IMG/VR virus record: IMGVR_UViG_3300018081_000005
Reading direction: 5' to 3' (one strand)
Length of the DNA: 57,491 nt
DNA from: a virus
This document shows positions 6,700 to 14,571 of the stretch, piece by piece. Numbering within the stretch: the first letter of the stretch is position 1; every line of letters begins with the position of its first letter. The notes below the pieces were generated by a model. It did not search any database. It saw only the letters and a list, made by a program, of their open reading frames with translations, and had not been told where the DNA came from. Both the position numbers and the translations under genes were made by a program.

Positions 6700-9186
6700 C
6701 TAGCCTTTAGTTGCGAGTTTACGCAACCGCAAACCAATACGGACGATGGTTTGCGACCCATCTATGTAGCGACGTTCCTTGCGGTAGTTGTTGCTAGACA
6801 TCGCCCGTCCGAAGGCCGAAAGTGAACTATGGCGTTTATCCTCCTCGCGATTCAGCTCCAACCAGGTCAGATACGAGGTGTGCAATTCCTCGGTCCGCTC
6901 ACAGTATTCAGCACCAAACTCACACGTTTGCCGCATCCATGCATCCATCAGCGAGAGCGATTCGCGAACCTCAAACGTGGTTTCCATAACCTCCATTCCA
7001 GGCCCGTCTAGCCCTTCGCTTTGGTACAGATTCCAACCCTCCACCGCCCAGGCCAGGATGCCGGGTAGTTGAGACTGGTCGCTCAGCTTAGCGCGTAGCG
7101 TGGTATCAATTCGGTCAGGGTCTAGCGACACCACAAATGGCGCCACCTTGAGCCGGCGACGGAGCGCGGCGTCGGCGCCCGGCACGCTAGGCGGCTCATT
7201 GCACATCAACCAAGGGGTAAACGCCGGCACAGCCTCCACATATACATTGGATGCCATACCGCGCGCCGTAAGCCGATCGCCACCGGTCATTCGCTTGATT
7301 GAGTCAACGTGCAGCACGACATCGGAGCTAGCCTCAACCGTATAAAGGAACCGCTTTGGTAACGCCGAGAGCAAGTCAACACGCGGCCCCTCGTCGCGCT
7401 TTTCACGGAACATCTGGAGGTTATAGGTAGCCGCGTACCCGCCTATGGCGGTGGCGAGGACTTCAACAAAGGTACTCTTGCCCGAGGTAGTAGGACCGAT
7501 ACCAATGACCATAGACCGGTCCGGGTTACCGCCCACAAGGGAAGCTCCCACCAGCTTCTGCACCCATTGGCGGGTCTCGGCATCAGGCAGGACTTCCCGG
7601 AGGAATCGCTCCCACAAGGCCGACTTAGCCTTAGCGTCATACGCAACCGGCGCACAGAGCGTAGCCATGTCTCCGTGGACGCGCGGCCGGAAGGCTACCC
7701 CGTTCGGCCCCAGGACTAGCGCGCCGTTAAGCGCGTGCAGAACGCCCCAATCGGCATCAAACTCTTCGGCCCGCGCTCCGAGCCCGCCCAGGTTGCGAGC
7801 AATGGTCTGCATAGCCGCCAGTCGGGGCAGGCCACCACTGGTCTTGACCCAGGACTTGAATGCCTTGAGAGATTCGGGGTCCTCTATGTACGCCGCTTCA
7901 GTCCCCATCTTGCGGACAACTGATATCGCCTGCCGCATCATGAGGCTATTACCCTGGATCCGATTCCAGGTAGCGGTAGCCATATCATACACGACCCAAG
8001 TCTGCCAGGAGTCTACCCAGCGAGCATCCGTTCCAACCGCGTTGGCTAACCTTTGCGCATTCCCGATATCGTCCCGTTCCCAATCAAACGCCGATGACCC
8101 AGCATTCGCCTTCGCCGGCTGGGCGGGCACATCGGAGAACATATCACAGGGGTCGGTCTCCGTTACTGCGCCATCGCCACCATTGCCCCGCCGCATCTCT
8201 TCGCGAACCTTGCCTACGCCTTTGATGACGATTCGGCGCCACTCGCCTTGACCGTCGCGCCTACCCGCCACGGCCGTAAGGAACACGGCCCCTAACTGGC
8301 GGATGGCGTCTTCGGCGCCGGCGTGACCTAATCCGGCGTCCCCCAAGAGCGCCCAAGCCCCGTCGCGCGCCTTATCGTGAGCACCCCCGGCTTCGCCCGC
8401 CCCGCGTACCTCACGGGTGTACTTCGTAAGGGTCCCATGCATAGTAGCGCACATCTCACCGGCGCCGTTAGCTTCAAGCCAAGCCTTTGCGCTGTTGTAG
8501 TCGATATCGCCGGCGTCGCCCGAGCCGCTGTATTCTTGACCATCGGTCAGCCCGGCCACCCATTGGGCGGGTAACATTGGGAGTTCATCAACGGCCGGAA
8601 ACTCATCGGTTACTCGTTGGCCGTCCGGTCGGACCCATATGTAACGTTTGTTCGTCTTGTCGTGCACGGAGGGCATCACGATAACGTATCGGTGATACCA
8701 CTTGATCGTTTCGATCCCAGGCCCAACATCGCGCCACTTCAGACCTTCCGGGACGCGATACAACCGGATACCGGATCCGTCGGTACGGGAAGTCGAAGCC
8801 CAAGTAGGCGGTAGCGCCCCCCAACGCTTCTCAGCGTCCGCTAGTGTTTCGGCGCCAGCCTTACCGCCGTAGAGATCTACGTCAATGCCCAGAACATCAG
8901 GCGGCATACGGAGCGCTATGTTACCGGGCATGAAGGATAGGTTGCCGGCCCGCGCTAGCTCCGGGCGCCCCTTGAACGTACTCCCAGGACGCTTTCGCCC
9001 CAACCAACGGGCTACCTGCTCAGCGGTTACGTACGGTGCCGTACTCCCGGTGACATTGTCCGGGACAGGGGACTTCTCTTTGTATGGTAACGGGACGGGC
9101 GACCAACCGGCATCAAAGTACGTTTGAGCGGTTTGCCAATAGGGCATTGAGCTGGCGTCGGTCACGATAGGGTAGCCTTTCGTCAA
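6700..9186 (-). CDS. Bifunctional primase-polymerase / D5-type (SF3) helicase
   Basis: N-terminal prim-pol motifs (GWSPVPLPYKEKSPVP, GIDVDLYGG, MPSVHDKTNKRYIW). D5_N-like segment (DDIGNAQRLANAVG). Walker A GIGPTTSGKSTF. The listed start is TTG; GTG 9165 or ATG 9147 are alternatives. Confidence 0.85.
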   Translation of the reverse strand: MTKGYPIVTDASSMPYWQTAQTYFDAGWSPVPLPYKEKSPVPDNVTGSTAPYVTAEQVARWLGRKRPGSTFKGRPELARAGNLSFMPGNIALRMPPDVLGIDVDLYGGKAGAETLADAEKRWGALPPTWASTSRTDGSGIRLYRVPEGLKWRDVGPGIETIKWYHRYVIVMPSVHDKTNKRYIWVRPDGQRVTDEFPAVDELPMLPAQWVAGLTDGQEYSGSGDAGDIDYNSAKAWLEANGAGEMCATMHGTLTKYTREVRGAGEAGGAHDKARDGAWALLGDAGLGHAGAEDAIRQLGAVFLTAVAGRRDGQGEWRRIVIKGVGKVREEMRRGNGGDGAVTETDPCDMFSDVPAQPAKANAGSSAFDWERDDIGNAQRLANAVGTDARWVDSWQTWVVYDMATATWNRIQGNSLMMRQAISVVRKMGTEAAYIEDPESLKAFKSWVKTSGGLPRLAAMQTIARNLGGLGARAEEFDADWGVLHALNGALVLGPNGVAFRPRVHGDMATLCAPVAYDAKAKSALWERFLREVLPDAETRQWVQKLVGASLVGGNPDRSMVIGIGPTTSGKSTFVEVLATAIGGYAATYNLQMFREKRDEGPRVDLLSALPKRFLYTVEASSDVVLHVDSIKRMTGGDRLTARGMASNVYVEAVPAFTPWLMCNEPPSVPGADAALRRRLKVAPFVVSLDPDRIDTTLRAKLSDQSQLPGILAWAVEGWNLYQSEGLDGPGMEVMETTFEVRESLSLMDAWMRQTCEFGAEYCERTEELHTSYLTWLELNREEDKRHSSLSAFGRAMSSNNYRKERRYIDGSQTIVRIGLRLRKLATKG

Positions 9187-9205
9187 GGGCCTGGGGCGGG
9201 CCTAA

Positions 9206-9241
9206 AGGGGCGTCGGTTAGCTTACCGCTACCGACGCCCCT
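9206..9241 (-). terminator. Hairpin (11-bp stem) followed by UUUA
   Basis: aggggcgtcgg-14 nt loop-ccgacgcccct. On the minus strand it is followed by TTTAGG. It lies between gene 9254-9640 and the primase gene. Confidence 0.45.
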
Positions 9242-9253
9242 CGCCTACCGTGG

Positions 9254-9640
9254 TTAGCAGCCGCAAACCCCATTGCTAGCTGGGATTTGGAAGCAGACCG
9301 GGCACATATCGGCCTTAGTCCTCCGAAGCGGCAATACCTGATCCAATGACACGAAGTCGGACCCCTGGATATCCTCGGCCCCGTCCAAGTCTCCGAGCGA
9401 ATCGGACCGGACATCGTCGCGAGTCGCGCAACAGTTAACCGCAACCAATTGTTCCTCGCTCCCCCTGAACAGCCAATCGCCCTTCCGGTAAGGCTTATCG
9501 CAACGGCCACAAGCGCCTGGCTCAAAAGCCTGTTGGGCGTCAAACAGCTTCGCGACCGGGATGTAATGCTCGTCCTCCATTCCCTTCCAAACGATCGCGC
9601 CGCCCTCGTCCAACTTCGGTTTGGTCTTCGGTTTGGTCAT
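9254..9640 (-). CDS. Cys-rich (putative Zn-binding) protein
   Basis: ORF 9254-9652 trimmed to ATG 9640 (TAATG coupling). CGRC...NCC...MCPVC...VCGC clusters. No family recognised. Confidence 0.5.
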   Translation of the reverse strand: MTKPKTKPKLDEGGAIVWKGMEDEHYIPVAKLFDAQQAFEPGACGRCDKPYRKGDWLFRGSEEQLVAVNCCATRDDVRSDSLGDLDGAEDIQGSDFVSLDQVLPLRRTKADMCPVCFQIPASNGVCGC

Positions 9641-9870
9641 TACCGCTCCCATAGACAGGCGTGCGCGTAGAAGTACCCGGCCCAGAAGTGCGCCATTGCC
9701 TTCTGCTCGGAATCCAATTGCGGCATTGCGTCAATTGCCCGATGGACGTTGATATCGTTCCCCGCTAACGCTTCGAATTGCCCGAGGGCCAGACCGATGT
9801 CGTCGATCAACATCACTATGCCGCCGACTTGTTGCATGAGGAATCGCCCATCCGGCGATAGCTTAGCCAC
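9640..9870 (-). CDS. Hypothetical protein
   Basis: ORF track (76 aa). Balanced composition. Confidence 0.5.
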   Translation of the reverse strand: MAKLSPDGRFLMQQVGGIVMLIDDIGLALGQFEALAGNDINVHRAIDAMPQLDSEQKAMAHFWAGYFYAHACLWER

Positions 9871-10048
9871 GGTCTCGTTCCTTGTCTAATAGCGTTTGAC
9901 AAGCGTTACGGAGCTCGACCCCGCGTAGGCGCGGCTTATCCACACGCGCCAAGCGAAGTAGCCGGAGCGCATGTACGTAACGGATCTCCAACGCACTAGA
10001 TATCTCACGGGCCGCCACTCGCTCCCGCCCCGAGTCAGGCAACGTCAT
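9863..10048 (-). CDS. Hypothetical small basic protein
   Basis: ORF track (61 aa). 14-nt overlap with the small ORF upstream. Confidence 0.45.
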   Translation of the reverse strand: MTLPDSGRERVAAREISSALEIRYVHALRLLRLARVDKPRLRGVELRNACQTLLDKERDRG

Positions 10049-10178
10049 CCCCTCTCAAGATGGTAATACGTGGCCGCCAGAACGGCCGGAACCAGAGATA
10101 GAACTCCCAACGCCTGGCACGAATGCGTAGCGTCCAGGAGGTCGTCAGGGCCCGGTCGTTACAGACGTCGATCTTCAC
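10035..10178 (-). CDS. Unlisted 47-aa Trp/Arg/Phe-rich ORF (VKIDVCNDRALTTSWTLRIRARRWEFYLWFRPFWRPRITILRGDDVA)
   Basis: GTG start overlaps the MazG-like stop (GTGA), a coupling used repeatedly in this genome. Third-position G/C is about 74% by hand count. It fills an otherwise empty 126-nt gap. Confidence 0.3.
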   Translation of the reverse strand: MKIDVCNDRALTTSWTLRIRARRWEFYLWFRPFWRPRITILRGDDVA

Positions 10179-10711
10179 GATCGCTTGCCGCCGTGGCGGT
10201 ATTGGCGGGTCTCGTTGTAGGCCATCTTGTCCGCCAGCGCGTGTGCGATATCGATACCATGGAACCCGCAGATATCCAAAACTCGAATGATGATGTCCGC
10301 GAGTTCGGACGGGATACCTTCCGGCTTGAAATGGCCGATCATGTTGGGCAGGTTCCGGAGTAGCTCCGGCGTTAGCTCCACCCATTCGGGGTCATGGTCC
10401 GGCAGCCCTACCGGCTCGGCCTCGCGGTAGCCCCAAGCGGTAGAGTTGCGAAGCATGAGCTTCCCGTTGACGCCTACCTTGAACCATTCGCCCGACAGCG
10501 TGTCCTTAACGGACCAATGATGCTCATTGAATCCGCGCCCGTCACGCCACTCCTCCTGCGCCTCCGAAGCCTCAGTCACGACGTTCATGAGCATTCCGTC
10601 GAACGGGCGCTCAGCTCCGCCGTAGAATCCAAGCCGGACGTTACGCTCGTGAATGACCCGTGCTAAGTCATTCAAACTGCCTAGGAAATAGGCATCTGCA
10701 ACGCTAGTCAC
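10175..10711 (-). CDS. MazG-like all-alpha nucleoside triphosphate pyrophosphohydrolase
   Basis: Motifs VVTEASEAQEEWR, PSELADIIIRVLD and KMAYNETR..RHGGK fit the MazG/NTP-PPase pattern. Confidence 0.7.
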   Translation of the reverse strand: MTSVADAYFLGSLNDLARVIHERNVRLGFYGGAERPFDGMLMNVVTEASEAQEEWRDGRGFNEHHWSVKDTLSGEWFKVGVNGKLMLRNSTAWGYREAEPVGLPDHDPEWVELTPELLRNLPNMIGHFKPEGIPSELADIIIRVLDICGFHGIDIAHALADKMAYNETRQYRHGGKRS

Positions 10712-11342
10712 TCAATCTCTCCTCATTAGCTAGTCTCTCCAGCGATGTCAACTCAACCATTGCGGCCTTGCGAAGTCTCGCGAATGTCAATGCATGGCGC
10801 ATTGCATCACGCGCATGCGGCTGACCATTGGTCAGGTGAAGTACCCCAAATGACCTCAAGCGTTCGTCGGTGATTGTGGTCATGGCCAAGGCGGGTTGTT
10901 GCATATGTAGCTCGCGCGGCTTCCAGTCTTCCCCCTCTTCGACATCCCAAGCCCGAACGCCGCCGCGCTCCAACCACCACTTGAGCGGTTCCGTAATCCG
11001 CACAGGATCCAAGAGTTCCGGCCCGCCCCGTAGTTGGCGAAGATAGAAGTCCTCACAGACTAGCTCCGCCTCCGGCCAAGCATCTACCAGATCGACCAGC
11101 TTGTCAATCTGATGCCCGACTGTTCCTTTGATCTGGCCGGCCGCCCAACTTACAATGTTGTCAAGGATTCGGTACTCGTTTGATATCATTGCGAGCAAAT
11201 GAATCCGTAACACGCACCAGCCAGAAGTGCCGCCCGGATCCAGGCTGATGCAGGTCCACATTCCAATCCCCCTCCCCTCGAATGGTAGCAAGGGCGGCAG
11301 GGGAATCTCCCCTGCCTCCGTCGCTATGTACTGCTCTCTCAA
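10704..11342 (-). CDS. RuvC-like Holliday junction resolvase
   Basis: ISLDPGGTSGWCVL (first Asp), LVCEDF (Glu) and HARDAMRHAL (C-terminal His/Asp) match phage RuvC-fold resolvases. Confidence 0.7.
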   Translation of the reverse strand: MREQYIATEAGEIPLPPLLPFEGRGIGMWTCISLDPGGTSGWCVLRIHLLAMISNEYRILDNIVSWAAGQIKGTVGHQIDKLVDLVDAWPEAELVCEDFYLRQLRGGPELLDPVRITEPLKWWLERGGVRAWDVEEGEDWKPRELHMQQPALAMTTITDERLRSFGVLHLTNGQPHARDAMRHALTFARLRKAAMVELTSLERLANEERLSD

Positions 11343-12064
11343 AGCACGCCGCCCTTGGCTTGCCGATCACGGTCGTTGACGTATTCCCGCCAAGCGGGCT
11401 GGATAAGGGCGAGAGCGATGAGTCCGAAGCAGGACAGGACTACGTACTGGGCGAAGTCGACTCCGATGTGGGCGGTCCAGATTGCGGTGTATCCGATGAA
11501 GAAGGATCCGACAACTCTGGCGACGATCCAGACCCAACCACCTCGAGTGTTACTGTGTCCTGTGCATCCGGGACAGTGGCGATGGGATCGGATCGGTACG
11601 CTGCGCCGGTCGGATAGATCCCCCACTTCGGGGACAACTCGTGCAGCGCTACCTCTACGCTCTTGAGGATCCGTTCCCGTTCCAGGTCCAGATCCATCCC
11701 CGGTATCGTGCCCCGCACGATCAACGTAAACCGGCGGCGATTCTCCGGTCTCTCCGACGTACCATTCGGGTCGGATACGTCGTACACCGGGAGCGTCTTC
11801 GTGTCCTCCAAGGCCTCGGAGGGCTTCGTATCGGGGACTACCGTTGCCGGCTTCTTGGTACTGCCATTCCTCGTCCCAGGCTTGCCGGTTCTCCTGCGTG
11901 GTGCTGGCACGGTGACCCTCCTGGTCATAGATGATGTAGATCTCGTCGGTAGCGTCCCAGACGGGAGCGCCGTTGGCCCAAGCGCGCGGCTCGATTCGGA
12001 GTTCGAGCTCCACGGCACCGGGGGCGGGTATGGTTGGAGTCAGGACTGTAGTGTCATCCACCAT
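11339..12064 (-). CDS. Membrane protein gene with anomalous frame structure (coding signal shifts to ORF 11440-12018 in the middle)
   Basis: The ends of the 241-aa ORF look genuine (N-term MVDDTTVLTPTIPAPGAVELELRIEP..., C-term two TM helices). Between about 11850 and 11530, third-position G/C and composition favour the other frame (78-81% vs 39-48% by hand count). Confidence 0.4.
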   Translation of the reverse strand: MVDDTTVLTPTIPAPGAVELELRIEPRAWANGAPVWDATDEIYIIYDQEGHRASTTQENRQAWDEEWQYQEAGNGSPRYEALRGLGGHEDAPGVRRIRPEWYVGETGESPPVYVDRAGHDTGDGSGPGTGTDPQERRGSAARVVPEVGDLSDRRSVPIRSHRHCPGCTGHSNTRGGWVWIVARVVGSFFIGYTAIWTAHIGVDFAQYVVLSCFGLIALALIQPAWREYVNDRDRQAKGGVL

Positions 12065-12216
12065 TCCAAGACCTTCATTCCTAGCGCCAGGTGCATTAGT
12101 CCTAATAGTACGATCATCAAGCTAGCGCACCAGGCTATCAGAAGTCGCCAACCTTTGTCCCAAGGGGAGTATGTATCCGCTGGGTCAGCGACCGGTTGGA
12201 AGCGATCGGCTTTCAC
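12040..12216 (-). CDS. Small membrane protein (58 aa from GTG)
   Basis: ORF 12040-12243 trimmed to a GTG overlapping the upstream stop (GTGA). One TM segment, LLIAWCASLMIVLLGLMHLALG. Confidence 0.4.
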   Translation of the reverse strand: MKADRFQPVADPADTYSPWDKGWRLLIAWCASLMIVLLGLMHLALGMKVLEWWMTLQS

Positions 12217-12773
12217 CCCAGAGGCGTGAACTTGAGGATCCAATTCCCCTGAGTGTTACTGACCTTCACCATGGTTACATCCTTGAGATGAACGACGGTG
12301 CTCCCGGTCAACTTGGTCTCAAAGTTGTCGGAGCAGTCATTGATACTCTCGAATGTACCGGAACCTTCGCTGCCATCCGCCTTGAGGAAGTGGACGATCC
12401 CGCACCAACTGCCGAATGAGTATTCAACATTGAATGCGCCGATGAGAGTAACGCTCACCGGTCCGACCGCATTACCCTTCCCCTTGACGGTCACCGGCGT
12501 CGGGGCCGGTACCGTTGGCGGCTTGGCGCCCACAGTAACCTGGGACGGGTAGAAGTTGGTCGGCCAATCGGAGGTAGTAGCCGTTGGATGTTGAACGGTA
12601 GCGTTGCCAACCAACGCCGCCCCGACCACACACAACGTGACGACGAACAAAGCCGCCAAGATAACTGTGATCCAGTTCCTGGTCTTGCGGTCCACCGGTT
12701 CATCCTTTCTTGGTTTGCGCGGCTGCGCTTTGGTGTGAGTCCCATGCCGTTCATCGCCGTCGTACATCACCAT
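12213..12773 (-). CDS. Single-pass membrane-anchored protein with extracytoplasmic beta-rich domain
   Basis: ORF 12213-12836 trimmed to ATG 12773 (TAATG coupling to thyX). Basic N-terminus, TM segment WITVILAALFVVTLCVVGAALVG, then a Pro/Thr stretch and a Cys-containing domain. Confidence 0.55.
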   Translation of the reverse strand: MVMYDGDERHGTHTKAQPRKPRKDEPVDRKTRNWITVILAALFVVTLCVVGAALVGNATVQHPTATTSDWPTNFYPSQVTVGAKPPTVPAPTPVTVKGKGNAVGPVSVTLIGAFNVEYSFGSWCGIVHFLKADGSEGSGTFESINDCSDNFETKLTGSTVVHLKDVTMVKVSNTQGNWILKFTPLG

Positions 12774-13936
12774 TACTTTGCTCCAATCCGGAGGCGCGGC
12801 GAAGCAACGAACACGCGGTTGGATTCCTTGGCCCAAGGGAAGCTACACGCCAACTCGACGTTCTCCCACCCCTGGAAGGTACATACGTGCTCGGTAGGAA
12901 CGAATGGGGCGCCCGGCTGCGAAGTATCCTGGTATCCACCCGGCTTCGATTTCTCGCAGGAGATCTTGATGAACTCCGCGAGATCTGGCGTGTCGTGAAC
13001 GATGAGCGCCCGCATAGCCCGCATGCATTCCACCATCTCCCGGAGGAACATTGAGCAGCCACGGTATGCGTAGACCGCGATGAACTCACGGATCGTGTAC
13101 TCGCACTGGATGTAGTTGACGGTCCCTTCGGGGAGGATGTAGCGCGCATCCTCATAAGGGACTCCGACGTCACACGCGGCAGCATAAGCGCCCCAAGATG
13201 CCTTGTAGGCATCCAGCCATTTGGTACGGACTTCCCAACCTGCGCGCCAGACGGTTTCGGGCATACGGACTTCCGGCCGGTCTCCGTACCAGGTAGACCG
13301 TTGACTCTGCTGATGGAATCCTGCGCGGCGGCTGCGGACCAGTTGATGCGTCAGAACCCGAGAGGCGCCCCAGACCTCAAAGACAACAGTCTGCGACTCC
13401 AGCGCGGCCTGGAGTCCGCCCTTAAACATCTCCTTCCAGTCCTCATCCGCGATTGGATGACGGTCGGAGTAGGTAGGGCTTTGGGTCGGACGCGGACGCC
13501 CAATGGTAGCTTGGGTTCCGGACGCGACGACCTGAAATAGGCTGTCCATTTCGAGGCCCTGCATCAGCCGGACTTCGAGCCCGTCCACCCCAACCTGTAC
13601 GGTCCCCGTATCGAAGGGCGAGACGTGCGCGCCGGTGTTCTTCGCGTGATTGTTGAAAGCCGTTTGGGCCACATTCGCGAGATCGTCGTATCCGCCCTGG
13701 TGCGCGGAGAACATCGGACCGTCCATTCCGCCGTACGGCCGGCTGAGCCTATGCTTCAGCAACCAGTCTGTCATTCTCCCGTCTCCAAATTCGAATTGAT
13801 CCAGCTTCCGCCGCAGCGCTTCGCGCGTTCCTTGGCGGCTTCGGCGAACATGCTTAGGACTACAAGCGTACCGGTCCCCATCCAGAAGACCAGGAAGGCC
13901 AAAAGCCATTGGTTCACGGGGTTCCCTCTCCAACAT
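12773..13936 (-). CDS. thyX: Divergent flavin-dependent thymidylate synthase (ThyX family) with N-terminal extension
   Basis: ASRVLTHQLVRSRRAGFHQQSQRS aligns with the ThyX signature S-R-x-x-T-H-E-L-I-R-H-R-x-x-S-x-x-Q-x-S-Q-R-Y. ARYILPEGTVNY...REFIAVYAYR aligns with the second conserved block. Start uncertain (13909, 13936 or 14038). Confidence 0.75.
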   Translation of the reverse strand: MLEREPREPMAFGLPGLLDGDRYACSPKHVRRSRQGTREALRRKLDQFEFGDGRMTDWLLKHRLSRPYGGMDGPMFSAHQGGYDDLANVAQTAFNNHAKNTGAHVSPFDTGTVQVGVDGLEVRLMQGLEMDSLFQVVASGTQATIGRPRPTQSPTYSDRHPIADEDWKEMFKGGLQAALESQTVVFEVWGASRVLTHQLVRSRRAGFHQQSQRSTWYGDRPEVRMPETVWRAGWEVRTKWLDAYKASWGAYAAACDVGVPYEDARYILPEGTVNYIQCEYTIREFIAVYAYRGCSMFLREMVECMRAMRALIVHDTPDLAEFIKISCEKSKPGGYQDTSQPGAPFVPTEHVCTFQGWENVELACSFPWAKESNRVFVASPRLRIGAK

Positions 13937-14210
13937 ACGGGCAATCAGGGTCGACGCAATGTTGCTGTAGATGTGCGAGCAATCGCCCGATTGAAGCCGC
14001 CTGGCGGGAAACACGGCCATCGGCATAGGCGGACACACCCCAAGCTTTTATGCCGCCAGTAATCACCATCCGGTCGGAACTCAGGCTGCAAGGGTCGCGA
14101 ACTACAATCGAGTAAAGGACATTCTCGTCCTTCACCTCCCGTTGGATCGTGAGCAATTCGCCCGCCAAGAATGGGACCAACAACTTTACGTCGCCCTTTG
14201 GTTTAGTCAT
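13914..14210 (-). CDS. Hypothetical protein
   Basis: ORF track (98 aa). RBS AGAGAGGGAA + 5 nt upstream of ATG 14210. The C-terminal third overlaps possible thyX starts, so the boundary is uncertain. Confidence 0.45.
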   Translation of the reverse strand: MTKPKGDVKLLVPFLAGELLTIQREVKDENVLYSIVVRDPCSLSSDRMVITGGIKAWGVSAYADGRVSRQAASIGRLLAHLQQHCVDPDCPYVGEGTP

Positions 14211-14252
14211 CAGATTCCCTCTCTAAAGGATCTTCATCAGGTTTGAAGCAAA

Positions 14253-14283
14253 CAGGGGGCAGGAACCAATGCCCCGCCCCCTG
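14253..14283 (-). terminator. Rho-independent-type terminator
   Basis: cagggggc-15 nt-gccccctg. On the minus strand it is followed by TTTGCTTCA. It lies between the acidic ORF and gene 13914-14210. Confidence 0.5.
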
Positions 14284-14315
14284 CACTCGACAGCTGTGCG
14301 CGCCCCGGTCGGGGG

Positions 14316-14537
14316 TCAGATCCGGTCTTTGGATCCCCAGACCTGCTCGGGCGCGTCGGCGGCCTCGGCCCCGTCGTCCTTCTTCGTCTCCAGCCCGCCG
14401 ACGTCGGTGCCATCGCCCGGGTCGACTCCGCTGGCGGCCTCGCTGGCCTCGTTCTCGAGGTCGCGCTCGGTCTTGTCCTTCTCCACTTCAATCCTCTCCT
14501 CTGGTTCCGATCCTTCAAAGTGATTCTTACCGATCAC
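14316..14537 (-). CDS. Highly acidic 73-aa protein
   Basis: Of three overlapping minus-strand ORFs here, only this frame has protein-like composition (EGSEPEERIEVEKDKTERDLENEASEAASGVDPGDGTD...). The other two are Arg/Pro-rich. Confidence 0.45.
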   Translation of the reverse strand: MIGKNHFEGSEPEERIEVEKDKTERDLENEASEAASGVDPGDGTDVGGLETKKDDGAEAADAPEQVWGSKDRI

Positions 14538-14571
14538 GATGCCCTGGGGATAGTAGGATCCTCAAGATTCT

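Noticed and set aside
12171-12419. A plus-strand 82-aa ORF with fairly protein-like composition.
   Set aside because: It is fully antisense to the membrane-anchored protein gene 12213-12773. It has no RBS and would be the only plus-strand gene in the genome.
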